Positions 1 to 11,713 of a stretch of 64,000 nt of DNA are shown here, in pieces. Location of the stretch: NCBI GenBank assembly GCA_040954595.2, contig CM082595.2, forward strand, positions 10,033,918 through 10,097,917. The letters are read 5' to 3'. The notes under the pieces are model-generated. The model did not search any database. It was not told the DNA's origin and saw only the letters and a list, made by a program, of their open reading frames with translations. Position 1 is the stretch's first letter. Each line of letters starts with the position of its first letter. This DNA is from Balanoglossus misakiensis. Its lineage: Eukaryota; Animalia; Hemichordata. The translations under genes were made by a program, and so were the position numbers.

Positions 1-294
1 TGATATCTAATAAATGTAGTATTGAACCGTTCTGTCCCCCCCCCCTACATTATATGCGGTACGCCGATGTCAGCTTACCCGGCAGTACTGCAGGCCGTGC
101 CCCCAAATAACGTCGGTGTTTGAAACGCCCTGGTTAAATTCGGGCTTTCTCTATAAATTGACAGGCAATAATGCAGTCCTACCCGAACAAATGTCGAGTG
201 TTGACCCGCTGTGACTTTCCCTCTTCGGTTTGCCCGACTTAGCCAACGTCTCTGTACTAATGTGTCGGGTCTTTTGCAGAGCCAGGCCGAAGAA

Positions 295-960
295 AATCCG
301 ACTTGATCACCGTTGCTAACGAACGCTAGTGTCTGTCATGGTGTGCCGGGGTTTTAGTCGAGCCAGGCCGTAGGAGATCTGACTTGATCATCGTGGTCAA
401 TGTACGCGTGTTTCCGCTCTGAAGTGCCGGGGCTTCAGCTAAACCATGCCGTAGGAAATCCGACGTAATCACCGTTGATAACTTACGCCAGTCTGTGTCA
501 TATAGAGCCGGTGCACCAGCCGAGTCACGCCGTAGGAAATCTGACTTGATCAACGTGGTCACTGTACGCCTGTTTCTGCTCTAGAGTGCCGGGGCTTCAT
601 CTGAGCCAGGCCGTAGGAAACCCGACGTGATTACCGTTGTTAACTTACGCCAGTCTGTGTCCTATATATAGTGCCGGGGCATCAGCCGTGCCAGGCCGAA
701 GGAAATGTGAGTAGATCAACGTGGTCTCTGTACGCGTGTTTCTGCTCTAGAGTGCCGGGGCTTTATCCAAGCCATGCCGTAGAATATCTGACTTGATCAC
801 CGTTGCTAACGTACGATAGTGTCTGTCATATTGTGACGGAGATTTAGCCGAGCCAGGCCGTAGAAAAATCGACTTGTTCAACGTTACCAGTGTGCAACTG
901 TTTCTGCTCTAAAGTCTCAGGGTTTTAGCCGACTTATGCTGTAGGAAATCTGAGTTGATG
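295..960 (+). repeat. Internal ~81-bp subrepeat array (A/B alternating, ~161-bp dimer) in the GC-rich half of each monomer; first monomer shown
   Basis: The core GCCGTAGGAAATCYGACTTGATCA recurs near 301, 382, 462, 543, 624, 707, 791, 871 and 952. It is mostly followed alternately by CCGTTG.TAAC...GTCTGT (A) and CGTGGTC..TGTACGC.TGTTTC.GCTCT (B). This monomer has 9 units and typical monomers have 11. Confidence 0.92.
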
Positions 961-1887
961 AACGGGAATTCAATGTTAGAAAACCCGTGTAGAAAGTATC
1001 TCTACCCGTTTGAAACTAAGAAAAGAATTTATTCTTATTTATTTTGTAAAAAAGACAATTTTTCGAAACAAAGGCGAAAATGGTAATTTTGTCTTGGGTG
1101 ATTCAAATTATACCACCTTTTCTGGAATTTGCAGCACTTTTTACAAGAGAACGACACTTCATGCTCCATAATATTTCCGAAAATGAAGAAAAGAGTTAAT
1201 TTTTTATGATTTTTTAAAATTTTACCATTTTTGTCAAAATATGGCCAAAATGGCTATTTTTTCTTGAATTCCGTCAATATCTCTGCATTTTTGGAGTGGT
1301 CGAAACTTTTAACATACAATCAACATGTCATATATGATCGGGGCACCAAATTCGAAGAACAAAGGTTTTCTTTATTTTTTTTTCTAAAAATGACATTTTC
1401 AAGGAAAATTTGGTAAAACGCAATTTTGTCTGCAGTGAGCCAAATTAGACGGTTTTTTGTGGAATTTGTATCGATATATACATACGAAGAGCCTTCTATA
1501 CTCCATCAGATTTCCGAAAATGTAGAAAAGGGTATTTTTTGTAATTTTGAAAAATTTTCCATTTTGACCAAATTGTGGCTAAAATTGTTATTTTCGTGTT
1601 GAATGCCGCCAGTGTCACTGCTTTTAAAAGTCATAAAAACTTTTAACATACAAGCCATTCTTTATATATGATCAGGTCACCGAATTAAAAAAATAAAGAA
1701 TGTTTTGCCTAAAAATGACCTTTTAGGTGCAAAAACGAATAAAACGTAATTTTGTATTAAATCAGTTCATTCAGAGTGCATTTTTTATAATCAGCACCAT
1801 TTTTACATATAATGGAAATTTCATACATCATCAGATATCCAAATATGAAAAAATGATTTAGATTTTAGATGATTGTCCAAAATTAGC
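961..1887 (+). repeat. AT-rich half of the monomer, built from about three diverged ~330-bp direct repeats; first monomer shown
   Basis: CATAATATTTCCGAAAATG at 1167, CATCAGATTTCCGAAAATG at 1504 and CATCAGATATCCAAATATG at 1829. The first two are each followed by AAAATTTT.CCATTTT, TGAAT.CCG.CA.T, TTTAACATACAA and ATATATGATC.GG.CACC.AATT. Confidence 0.8.
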
Positions 1888-2708
1888 TGATATCTAATAA
1901 ATGTAGTATTGAACCGTTCTGTTTCCCCCCCCCCCCTATATTATATGCGGTACGCCGATGTCAGCTTACCCGTCAGTACTGCAGGCCGTGCCCCCAACTA
2001 ACGTCGGTGTTTGTAACGCCCTGGTTAAATTCGGGCTTTCTCTATAAATTGACAGGCAATAATGCAGTCCTACCCGAACAAATGTCGAGTGTTGACCCGC
2101 TGTGACTTTCCCTCTTCGGTTTGCCCGACTTAGCCAACGTCTTTGTACTATAGTGTCGGGTCTTTTGCAGAGCCAGGCCGAAGGAAATCCGACTTGATCA
2201 CCGTTGCTAACGAACGCTAGTGTCTGTCATGGTGTGCCGGGGTTTTAGTCGAGCCAGGCCGTAGGAGATCTGCCTTGATCATCGTGGTCAATGTACGCGT
2301 GTTTCCGCTCTAAAGTGCCGGGGCTTCAGCTAAACCAGGCCGTAGGAAATCCGACGTAATCACCGTTGATAACTTACGCCAGTCTGTGTCATATAGAGCC
2401 GGTTCACCAGCCGAGTCACGCCGTAGGAAATCTGACTTGATCAACGTGGTCAATGTACGCCTGTTTCTGCTCTAGAGTGCCGGGGCTTCAGCTGAGCCAG
2501 GCCGTAGGAAACCCGACGTGATTACCGTTGTTAACTTACGCCAGTCTGTGTCCTATATATAGTGCCGGGGCATCAGCCGTGCCAGGCCGAAGGAAATGTT
2601 AGTCGATCAACGTGGTCTCTGTACGCGTGTTTCTGCTCTAGAGTGTCAGGGCTTTAGCAAAGCCATGCCGTAGGAAATCTGACTTGATCAACGTTGCTAA
2701 CGAACGCT

Positions 2709-2895
2709 CAATATTTTTAAGCGTAATTTGAAAACATACCTTTTTACTCGGTTTTATGTGTAACGTGTTCGATTGTGTCCTTTTAACTATTTTTACCAGC
2801 CTTGTATTTTTTAATCTACTGTTTTAGCTGTGCACAATGCGCTGAGACGTATGTGTAGCGCATTTTAAACAATTCTTAATAATAATAATAATAAT
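2709..2895 (+). mobile_element. 5'-truncated non-LTR retrotransposon fragment (L2/CR1-group-like 3' end), 187 bp
   Basis: Absent from most other monomers. It has a 6-bp TSD AACGCT (2703-2708 and 2896-2901) and an (AAT)6 tail. Bases 2710-2763 translate NIFKRNLKTYLFTRFYV*, matching the FK..LKT.LF C-terminus typical of L2-group ORF2. There is an 8-bp 3' stem AATGCGCT (2836-2843) / AGCGCATT (2857-2864). Confidence 0.85.
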
Positions 2896-5800
2896 AACGC
2901 TAGTGTCTGTCATAGTGTGCCGGGGTTTTAGTCGAGCCAAGCCGTAGGAGATCAGACTTGATCAACGTGGTCTCTGTACGCGTGTTTCTGCTCTAGAGTG
3001 TCGGGGCTTTATCCAACCCATGCCGTTGAAAATCTGACTTGATCACCGTTGCTAACGTACGCTAGTGTCTGTCATATTGTGACGAGATTTAGCCGAGCCA
3101 GGCCGTAGAAAAATCGACTTGTTCAACGTTATCAGTGTGCAACTGTTTCTGCTCTAGAGTGTCAGGGTTTTAGCCGACTTATGCTGTAGGAAATCTGAGT
3201 TGATGAACGGGAATTCAATGTTATAAAACCCGTGTGGAAAGTATCTCTACCCGTTTGAAACTAAGAAAAGAATTTATTCTTATTTATTTTGTAAAAAAGA
3301 CAATTTTTCGAAAACAAGTCGAAAATGGTAATTTTGTCTTGGGTGATTCAAATTATACCACATTTTCTGGAATTTGCAGCACTTTTTACAAGAGAACGAC
3401 ACTTCATGCTCCATAATATTTCCGAAAATGAAGAAAAGAGTTAATTTTTTATGATTTTTTAAAATTTTACCATTTTTGTCAAAATATGGCCAAAATGGCT
3501 ATTTTTTCTTGAATTCCGTCAATATCTCTGCATTTTTGGAGTGGTCGAAAGTTTTAACATACAATCAACATGTCATATATGATCAGGGCACCAAATTCGA
3601 AGAACGAAGGTTTTTTTATTTTATTTTTCTAAAAATGACATTTTCAAGAAAAATTTGGTAAAACGCAATTTTGTCTGCAGTGAGCCAAATTAGACGGTCT
3701 TTTGTGGAATTTGTATCGATATATATATACGAAGAGCATTCTATACTCCATCAGATTTCCGAAAATGTAGAAAACAGGTATTTTTTGTATTTTTCAAAAA
3801 TTTACCATTTTGACCAAATTGTGGTTAAAATTGTTATTTTCGTGTTGAATGCCGCCAGTGTCACTGCTTTTAAAAGTCATAAAAACTTTTAACATGCAAG
3901 CAATTGCTTATATATGATCAGGCCACCGAATTAAAAAAATAAAGAATGTTTTGCCTAAAAATGACCTTTTTGGTGCAAAAACGAATAAAACGCAATTTTG
4001 TATTAAATCAGCTCATTCAGAGTGCATTTTTTATAATCAGCACCATTTTTACATATATTGGAAATTTCATACATCATCAGATATCCAAATATGAAAAAAT
4101 GATTTAGATTTTAGATGATTGTCCAAAATTAGCTGATATCTAATAAATGTAGTATTGAACCGTTCTGTCCCCCCCTACATTATATGCGGTACGCCGATGT
4201 CAGCTTACCCGGCAGTACTGCAGGCCGTGCCCCCAAATAACGTCGGTGTTTGAAACGCCCTGGTTAAATTCGGGCTTTCTCTATAAATTGACAGGCAATA
4301 ATGCAGTCCTACCCGAACAAATGTCGAGTGTTGACCCGCTGTGACTTTCCCTCTTCGGTTTGCCCGACTTAGCCAACGTCTTTGTACTAATGTGTCGGGT
4401 CTTTTGCAGAGCCAGGCCGAAGGAAATCCGACTTGATCACCGTTGCTAACGAACGCTAGTGTCTGTCATGGTGTGCCGGGGTTTTAGAAGAGCCAGGCCG
4501 TAGGAGATCTGACTTGATCATCGTGGTCAATGTACGCGTGTTTCCGCTCTAAAGTGCCGGGGCTTCAGCTAAACCATGCCGTAGGAAATCCGACGTAATC
4601 ACCGTTGATAACTTACGCCAGTCTGTGTCATATAGAGCCGGTGCACCAGCCGAATCACGCCGTAGGAAATCTGACTTGATCAACGTGGTCAATGTACGCC
4701 TGTTTCTGCTCTAGAGTGCCGGGGCTTCAGCTGAGCCAGGCCGTAGGAAACCCGACGTGATTACCGTTGTTAACTTACGCCAGTCTGTGTCCTATATATA
4801 GTGCCGGGGCATCAGCCGTGCCAGGCCGAAGGAAATGTGAGTAGATCAACGTGGTCTCTGTACGCGTGTTTCTGCTCTAGAGTGCCGGGGCTTTATCCAA
4901 GCCATGCCGTAGAAAATCTGACTTGATCACCGTTGCTAACGTACGATAGTGTCTGTCATAGTGTGCCGGGGTTTTAGTCGAGCCAAGCCGTAGGAGATCA
5001 GACTTGATCAACGTGGTCTCTGTACGCGTGTTTCTGCTCTAGAGTGCCGGGGCTTCATCCGAGCTATGCCGTAGAAAATCTGACTTGATCACCGTTGCTA
5101 ACTTACGCTAGTGTCTGTCATATTGTGACGGAGATTTAGCCGAGCCAGGCCGTAGAAAAATCGACTTGTTCAACGTTACCAGTGTGCAACTGTTTCTGCT
5201 CTAGAGTGTCAGGGTTTTAGCCGACTTGTGCTGTAGGAAATCTGAGTTGATGAACGGGAATTCAATGTTAGAAAACCCGTGTGTAAAGTATCTCTACCCG
5301 TTTGAAACTAAGAAAAGAATTTATTCTTATTTATTTTGTAAAACAAGACAATTTTTCGAAAAAAAGTCGAAAATGGTAATTTTGTCTTGGGTGATTCAAA
5401 TTATACCACATTTTCTGGAATTTGCAGCACTTTTTACAAGAGAACGACACTTCATGCTCCATAATATTTCCGAAAATGAAGAAAAGAGTTTATTTTTTAT
5501 GATTTTTTAAAAATGTACTATTTTGTCAAAATATGGCCAAAATGGCTATTTTTTCTTGAATTCCGTCAATATCTCTGCATTTTTGGAGTGGTCGAAAGTT
5601 TTAACATACAATCAACATGTCATATATGATCAGGGCACCAAATTCGAAGAATGAAGGTTTTTTTATTTTATTTTTCTAAAAATGACATTTTCAAGGAAAA
5701 TTTGGTAAAACGCAATTTTGTCTGCAGTGAGCCAAATTAGACGGTCTTTTGTGGAATTTGTATCGATATATATATACGAAGAGCATTCTATACTCCATCA

Positions 5801-6521
5801 GATTTCCGAAAATGTAGAAAACAGGTATTTTTTGTAATTTTCAAAAATTTACCATTTTGACCAAATTGTGGTTAAAATTGTTATTTTCGTGTTGAATGCC
5901 GCCAGTGTCACTGCTTTTAAAAGTCATAAAAACTTTTAACATGCAAGCAATTGCTTATATATGATCAGGCCACCGAATTAAAAAAATAAAGAATGTTTTG
6001 CCTAAAAATGACCTTTTTGGTGCAAAAACGAATAAAACGCAATTTGGTATTAAATCAGCTCATTCAGAGTGCATTTTTTATAATCAGCACCATTTTTACA
6101 TATATTGAAAATTTCATACATCATCAGATATCCAAATATGAAAAAATGATTTAGATTTTAGATGATTGTCCAAAATTAGCTGATATCTAATAAATGTAGT
6201 ATTGAACCGTTCTGTCCCCCCCCCCCCCCCTACATTATATGCGGTACGCCGATGTCAGCTTACCCGGCAGTACTGCAGGCCATGCCCCCAAATAACGTCG
6301 GTGTTTGAAACGCCCTGGTTAAATTCGGGCTTTCTCTATAAATTGACAGGCAATAATGCAGTCCTACCCGAACAAATGTCGAGTGTTGACCCGCTGTGAC
6401 TTTCCCTCTTCGGTTTGCCCGACTTAGCCAACGTCTTTGTACTAATGTGTCGGGTCTTTTGCAGAGCCAGGCCGAAGGAAATCCGACTTGATCACCGTTG
6501 CTAACGAACGCTAGTGTCTGT

Positions 6522-7990
6522 CATGGTGTGCCGGGGTTTTAGTCGAGCCAGGCCGTAGGAGATCTGACTTGATCATCGTGGTCAATGTACGCGTGTTTCC
6601 GCTCTAAAGTGCCGGGGCTTCAGCTAAACCATGCCGTAGGAAATCCGTCGTAATCACCGTTGATAACTTACGCCAGTCTGTGTCATATAGAGCCGGTGCA
6701 CCAGCCGAATCACGCCGTAGGAAATCTGACTTGATCAACGTGGTCAATGTACGCCTGTTTCTGCTCTAGAGTGCCGGGGCTTCAGCTGATCCAGGCCGTA
6801 GGAAACCCGACGTGATTACCGTTGTTAACTTACGCCAGTCTGTGTCCTATATATAGTGCGGGGCATCAGCCGTGCCAGGCCTAAGGAAATGTGAGTAGAT
6901 CAATGTGGTCTCTGTACGCGTGTTTCTGCTCTAGAATGCCAGGGCTTTAGCCAAGCCATGCCGTAGGAAATCTGACTTGATCAACGTTGCTAACGAACGC
7001 TAGTGTCTGTCATAGTGTGCCGGGGTTTTAGTCGAGCCAAGCCGTAGGAGATCTGACTTGATCATCGTGGTCAATGTACGCGTGTTTCCGCTCTAAAGTG
7101 CCGGGGCTTGAGCTAAACCAGGCCGTAGGAAATCCGACGTAATCACCGTTGATAACTTACGCCAGTCTGTGTCATATAGAGCCGGTGCACCAGCGGAGTC
7201 ACGCCGTAGGACATCTGACTTGATCAACGTGGTCAATGTACGCCTGTTTCTGTTCTAGAGTGCCGGGGCTTCAGCTGAGCCAGGCCGTAGGAAACCCGAC
7301 GTGATTACCGTTGTTAACTTACGCCAGTCTGTGTCCTATATATAGTGCCGGGGCATCAGCTGTGCCAGGCCGAAGAAAATGGGAGTAGATCAACGTGGTC
7401 TCTGTACGCGTGTTTCTGCTCTAGAGTGCCAGGGCTTTAGCCAAGCCATGCCGTAGGAAATCTGACATGATCAACGTTGCTAACGAACGCTAGTGTCTGT
7501 CATAGTGTGCCGGGGTTTTAGTCGAGCCAAGCCGTAGGAGATCTGACTTGATCATCGTGGTCAATGTACGCGTGTTTCCGCTCTAAAGTGCCGGGGCTTG
7601 AGCTAAACCAGGCCGTAGGAAATCCGACGTAATCACCGTTGATAACTTACGCCAGTCTGTGTCATATAGAGCCGGTGCACCAGCGGAGTCACGCCGTAGG
7701 ACATCTGACTTGATCAACGTGGTCAATGTACGCCTGTTTCTGTTCTAGAGTGCCGGGGCTTCAGCTGAGCCAGGCCGTAGGAAACCCGACGTGATTACCG
7801 TTGTTAACTTACGCCAGTCTGTGTCCTATATATAGTGCCGGGGCATCAGCTGTGCCAGGCCGAAGGAAATGGGAGTAGATCAACGTGGTCTCTGTACGCG
7901 TGTTTCTGCTCTAGAGTGCCAGGGCTTTAGCCAAGCCATGCCGTAGGAAATCTGACTTGATCAACGTTGCTAACGAACGCTAGTGTCTGT
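6522..7990 (+). repeat. Tandem triplication of a ~490-bp block (6 subrepeats) inside one monomer
   Basis: CATRGTGTGCCGGGGTTTTAG recurs at 6522, 7011, 7501 and 7991. A two-copy version is at ~10609, 11097 and 11587. Confidence 0.88.
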
Positions 7991-10900
7991 CATAGTGTGC
8001 CGGGGTTTTAGTCGAGCCAAGCCGTAGGAGATCAGACTTGATCAACGTGGTCTCTGTACGCGTGTTTCTGCTCTAGAGTGCCGGGGCTTTATCCCAGCCA
8101 TGCCGTAGAAAATCTGACTTGATCACCGTTGCTAACGTGCGCTAGTGTCTGTCATATTGTGACGGAGATTTAGCCGAGCCAGGCCGTAGAAAAATCGACT
8201 TGTTCAACGTTACCATTGTGCAACTGTTTCTGCTCTAGAGTGTCAGGGTTTTAGCCGACTTGTGCTGTAGGAAATCTGAGTTGATGAATGGGAATTCAAT
8301 GTTAAAAAACCCGTGTGGAAAGTATCTCTACCCGTTTGAAACTAAGAAAAGAATTTATTCTTATTTATTTTGTAAAAATCACAATTTTTCGAAAAAAAGT
8401 CGAAAATGGTAATTTTGTCATGGGTGATTCAAATTATACCGCCTTTTCTGGAATTTGCAGCACTTTTTACAAGAGAACGACACTTCATGCTCCATAATAT
8501 TTCCGAAAATGAAGAAAAGAGTTAATTTTTTATGATTTTTTAAAAATTTACCATTTTTGTCAAAATATGGCCAAAATGGCTATTTTTTCTTGAATTCCGT
8601 CAATATCTCTGCATTTTTGGAGTGGTCGAAAGTTTTAACATACAATCAACATGTCATATATGATCAGGGCACCAAATTCGAAGAACAAAGGTTTTTTTTA
8701 TTTTTTTTTCTAAAAATGACATTTTCAAGGAAAATTTGGTAAAACGCAATTTTGTCTGCCGTGAGCCAAATTGGCCGTTTTTTTGTGGAATTTGTATCGA
8801 TATATGTATACGAAGAGCATTCTATACTCCATCAGATTTCCGAAAATGTAGAAAACAGGTATTTTTTGTAATTTTCAAAAATTTACCATTTTGACCGAAT
8901 TGTGGCTAAATTGTTATTTTCGTGTTGAATGCCGCCAGTGTCACTGCTTTTAAAAGTCATTAAAACTTTTAACATACAAGCAATTGTTTATATATGATCA
9001 GGTCACCGAATTTGATCAACGTGGTCAATGTACGCCTGTTTCTGATCTAGAGTGCCGGGGCTTCAGCTGAGCCAGGCCGAAGGAAATGTGAGTAGATCAA
9101 CGTGGTTTCTGTACGCGTGTTTCTGCTCTAGAGTGCCAGGGCTTTAGCCAAGCCATGCCGTAGGAAATCTGACTTGATCAACTTTGCTAACGAACGCTAG
9201 TGTCTGTCATATTGTGACGGAGATTTAGCCGAGCCAGGCCGTAGAAAAATCGACTTGTTCAACGTTACCAGTGTGCAACTGTTTCTGCTCTAGAGTGTCA
9301 GGGTTTTAGCCGACTTATGCTGTAGGAAATCTGAGTTGATGAATGGGAATTCAATGTTAAAAAACCTGTGTGGAAAGTGTCTCTACCCTTTTGAAACTAA
9401 GAAAATAATTTATTCTTATTTATTTTGTAAAAATCACAATTTTTCGAAAAAAAGTCGAAAATGGTAATTTTGTCATGGGTGATTCAAATTATACCGCCTT
9501 TTCTGGAATTTGCAGCACTTTTTACAAGAGAACGACACTTCATGCTCCATAATATTTCCGAAAATGAAGAAAAGAGTTAATTTTTTATGATTTTTTAAAA
9601 ATTTACCATTTTTGTCAAAATATGGCCAAAATGGCTATTTTTTCTTGAATTCCGTCAATATCTCTGCATTTTTGGAGTGGTCGAAAGTTTTAACATACAA
9701 TCAACATGTCATATATGATCAGGGCACCAAATTCGAAGAACAAAGGTTTTTTTTATTTTTTTTTCTAAAAATGACATTTTCAAGGAAAATTTGGTAAAAC
9801 GCAATTTTGTCTGCAGTGAGCCAAATTGGCCGTTTTTTTGTGGAATTTGTATCGATATATGTATACGAAGAGCATTCTATACTCCATCAGATTTCCGAAA
9901 ATGTAGAAAACAGGTATTTTTTGTAATTTTCAAAAATTTACCATTTTGACCGAATTGTGGCTAAAATTGTTATTTTCGTGTTGAATGCCGCCAGTGTCAC
10001 TGCTTTTAAAAGTCATTAAAACTTTTAACATACAAGCAATTGTTTATATATGATCAGGTCACCGAATTTAAAGAATAAAGAATGTTTTCCCTAAAAATGA
10101 CCTTTTTGGTGCAAAAACGAATAAAACGCAATTTCGTATTAATTCAGCTCATTCAGAGTGCATTTTTTAAAATCAGCACCATTTTTACATATAATGGAAA
10201 TTTCATACATCATCAGATATCCAAATATGAAAAAATGATTTAGATTTTAGATGATTGTCCAAAAGTAGCTGATATCTAATAAATATAGTATTGAACCGTT
10301 CTGTTCCCCCCCCCCCCTACATTAAATGCGGTACGCCGATGTCAGCTTACCCGTCAGTACTGCAGGCCGTGCCCACAACTAACGTCGGTGTTTGAAACGC
10401 CCTGGTTAAATTCGGGCTTTCTCTATAAATTGACAGGCAATAATGTAGTCCTACCATTACAAATGTCGAGTGTTGACCCGCTGTGACTTTCCCTCTTCGG
10501 TTTGCCCGACTTAGCCAACGTCTTTGTACTAGAGTGTCGGGTGTTTTGCAGAGCCAGGCCGAAGGAAATCCGACTTGATCACCGTTGCTAACGAACGCTA
10601 GTGTCTGTCATGGTGTGCCGGGGTTTTAGTCGAGCCAGGCCGTAGGAGATCTGACTGGATCATCGTGGTCAATGTACGCGTGTTTCCGCTCTAAAGTGCC
10701 GGGGCTTCAGCTAAACCAGGCCATAGGAAATCCGACGTAATCACCGTTGATAACTTACGCCAGTCTGTGTCATATAGAGCCGGTGCACCAGCCGAGTCAC
10801 GCCGTAGGAATCTAATTTGATCAACGTGGTCAATGTACGCCTGTTTCTGCTCTAGAGTGCCGGGGCTTCAGCTGAGCCAGGCCGTAGGAAACCCGACGTG

Positions 10901-11656
10901 ATTACCGTTGTTAACTTACGCCAGTCTGTGTCCTATATATAGTGCGGGGCATCAGCCGTGCCAGGCCTAAGGAAATGTGAGTAGATCAATGTGGTCTCTG
11001 TACGCGTGTTTCTGCTCTAGAATGCCAGGGCTTTAGCCAAGCCATGCCGTAGGAAATCTGAATTGATCAACGTTGCTAACGAACGCTAGTGTCTGTCATA
11101 GTGTGCCGGGGTTTTAGTCGAGCCAAGCCGTAGGAGATCTGACTTGATCATCGTGGTCAATGTACGCGTGTTTCCGCTCTAAAGTGCCGGGGCTTGAGCT
11201 AAACCAGGCCGTAGGAAATCCGACGTAATCACCGTTGATAACTTACGCCAGTCTGTGTCATATAGAGCCGGTGCACCTGCGGAGTCACGCCGTAGGAATC
11301 TGACTTGATCAACGTGGTCAATGTACGCCTGTTTCTGCTCTAGAGAGCCGGGGCTTCAGCTGAGCCAGGCCGTAGGAAACCCGACGTGATTACCGTTGTT
11401 AACTTACGCCAGTTTGTGTCCTATATATAGTGCCGGGGCATCAGCCGTGCCAGGCCGAAGGAAATGTGAGTAGATCAACGTGGTCTCTGTACGCGTGTTT
11501 CTGCTCTAGAGTGCCAGGGCTTTAGCCAAGCCATGCCGTAGAAAATCTGACTTGATCACCGTTGCTAACGAACGCTAGTGTCTGTCATAGTGTGCCGGGG
11601 TTTTAGTCGAACCAAGCCGTAGGAGATCAGACTTGATCAACGTGGTCTCTGTACGC

Positions 11657-11713
11657 TAGAGTGCCAGGGCCTGGTTAAATTCGGGCTTTCTCTATAAATT
11701 GACAGGCAATAAT
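11657..11713. other. Complex inversion junction of the satellite array with a templated insertion
   Basis: A 12-bp deletion follows GTACGC. Then ~44 bp (11670-11713, CCTGGTTAAATT...GGCAATAAT) are copied from a different part of the monomer, and then the sequence switches to the reverse strand (TTGCGTTTTACCAAAT...). Confidence 0.9.

Larger units (their letters stand above)
1..11669 (+). repeat. Complex satellite array, ~2.05-kb monomer, forward arm (poly-C orientation), about 5-6 monomers with length variants
   Basis: The marker TGATATCTAATAAAT-N-TAGTATTGAACCG recurs at ~1, 1888, 4134, 6181 and 10270. The copies are near-identical and differ mainly in subrepeat number and in insertions or deletions. 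Confidence 0.97.

Noticed and set aside
295-960. Regularly spaced conserved motif resembling a CRISPR array
   Set aside because: The intervening sequences are homologous to each other rather than unique spacers, there are no cas genes, and the context is eukaryotic.
1-2050. Monomer as a tandem gene unit (5S rRNA, tRNA, snRNA or histone cluster)
   Set aside because: I recognise no such gene or Pol III box A/B arrangement in the monomer. A divergent small RNA cannot be fully excluded without an Rfam search.
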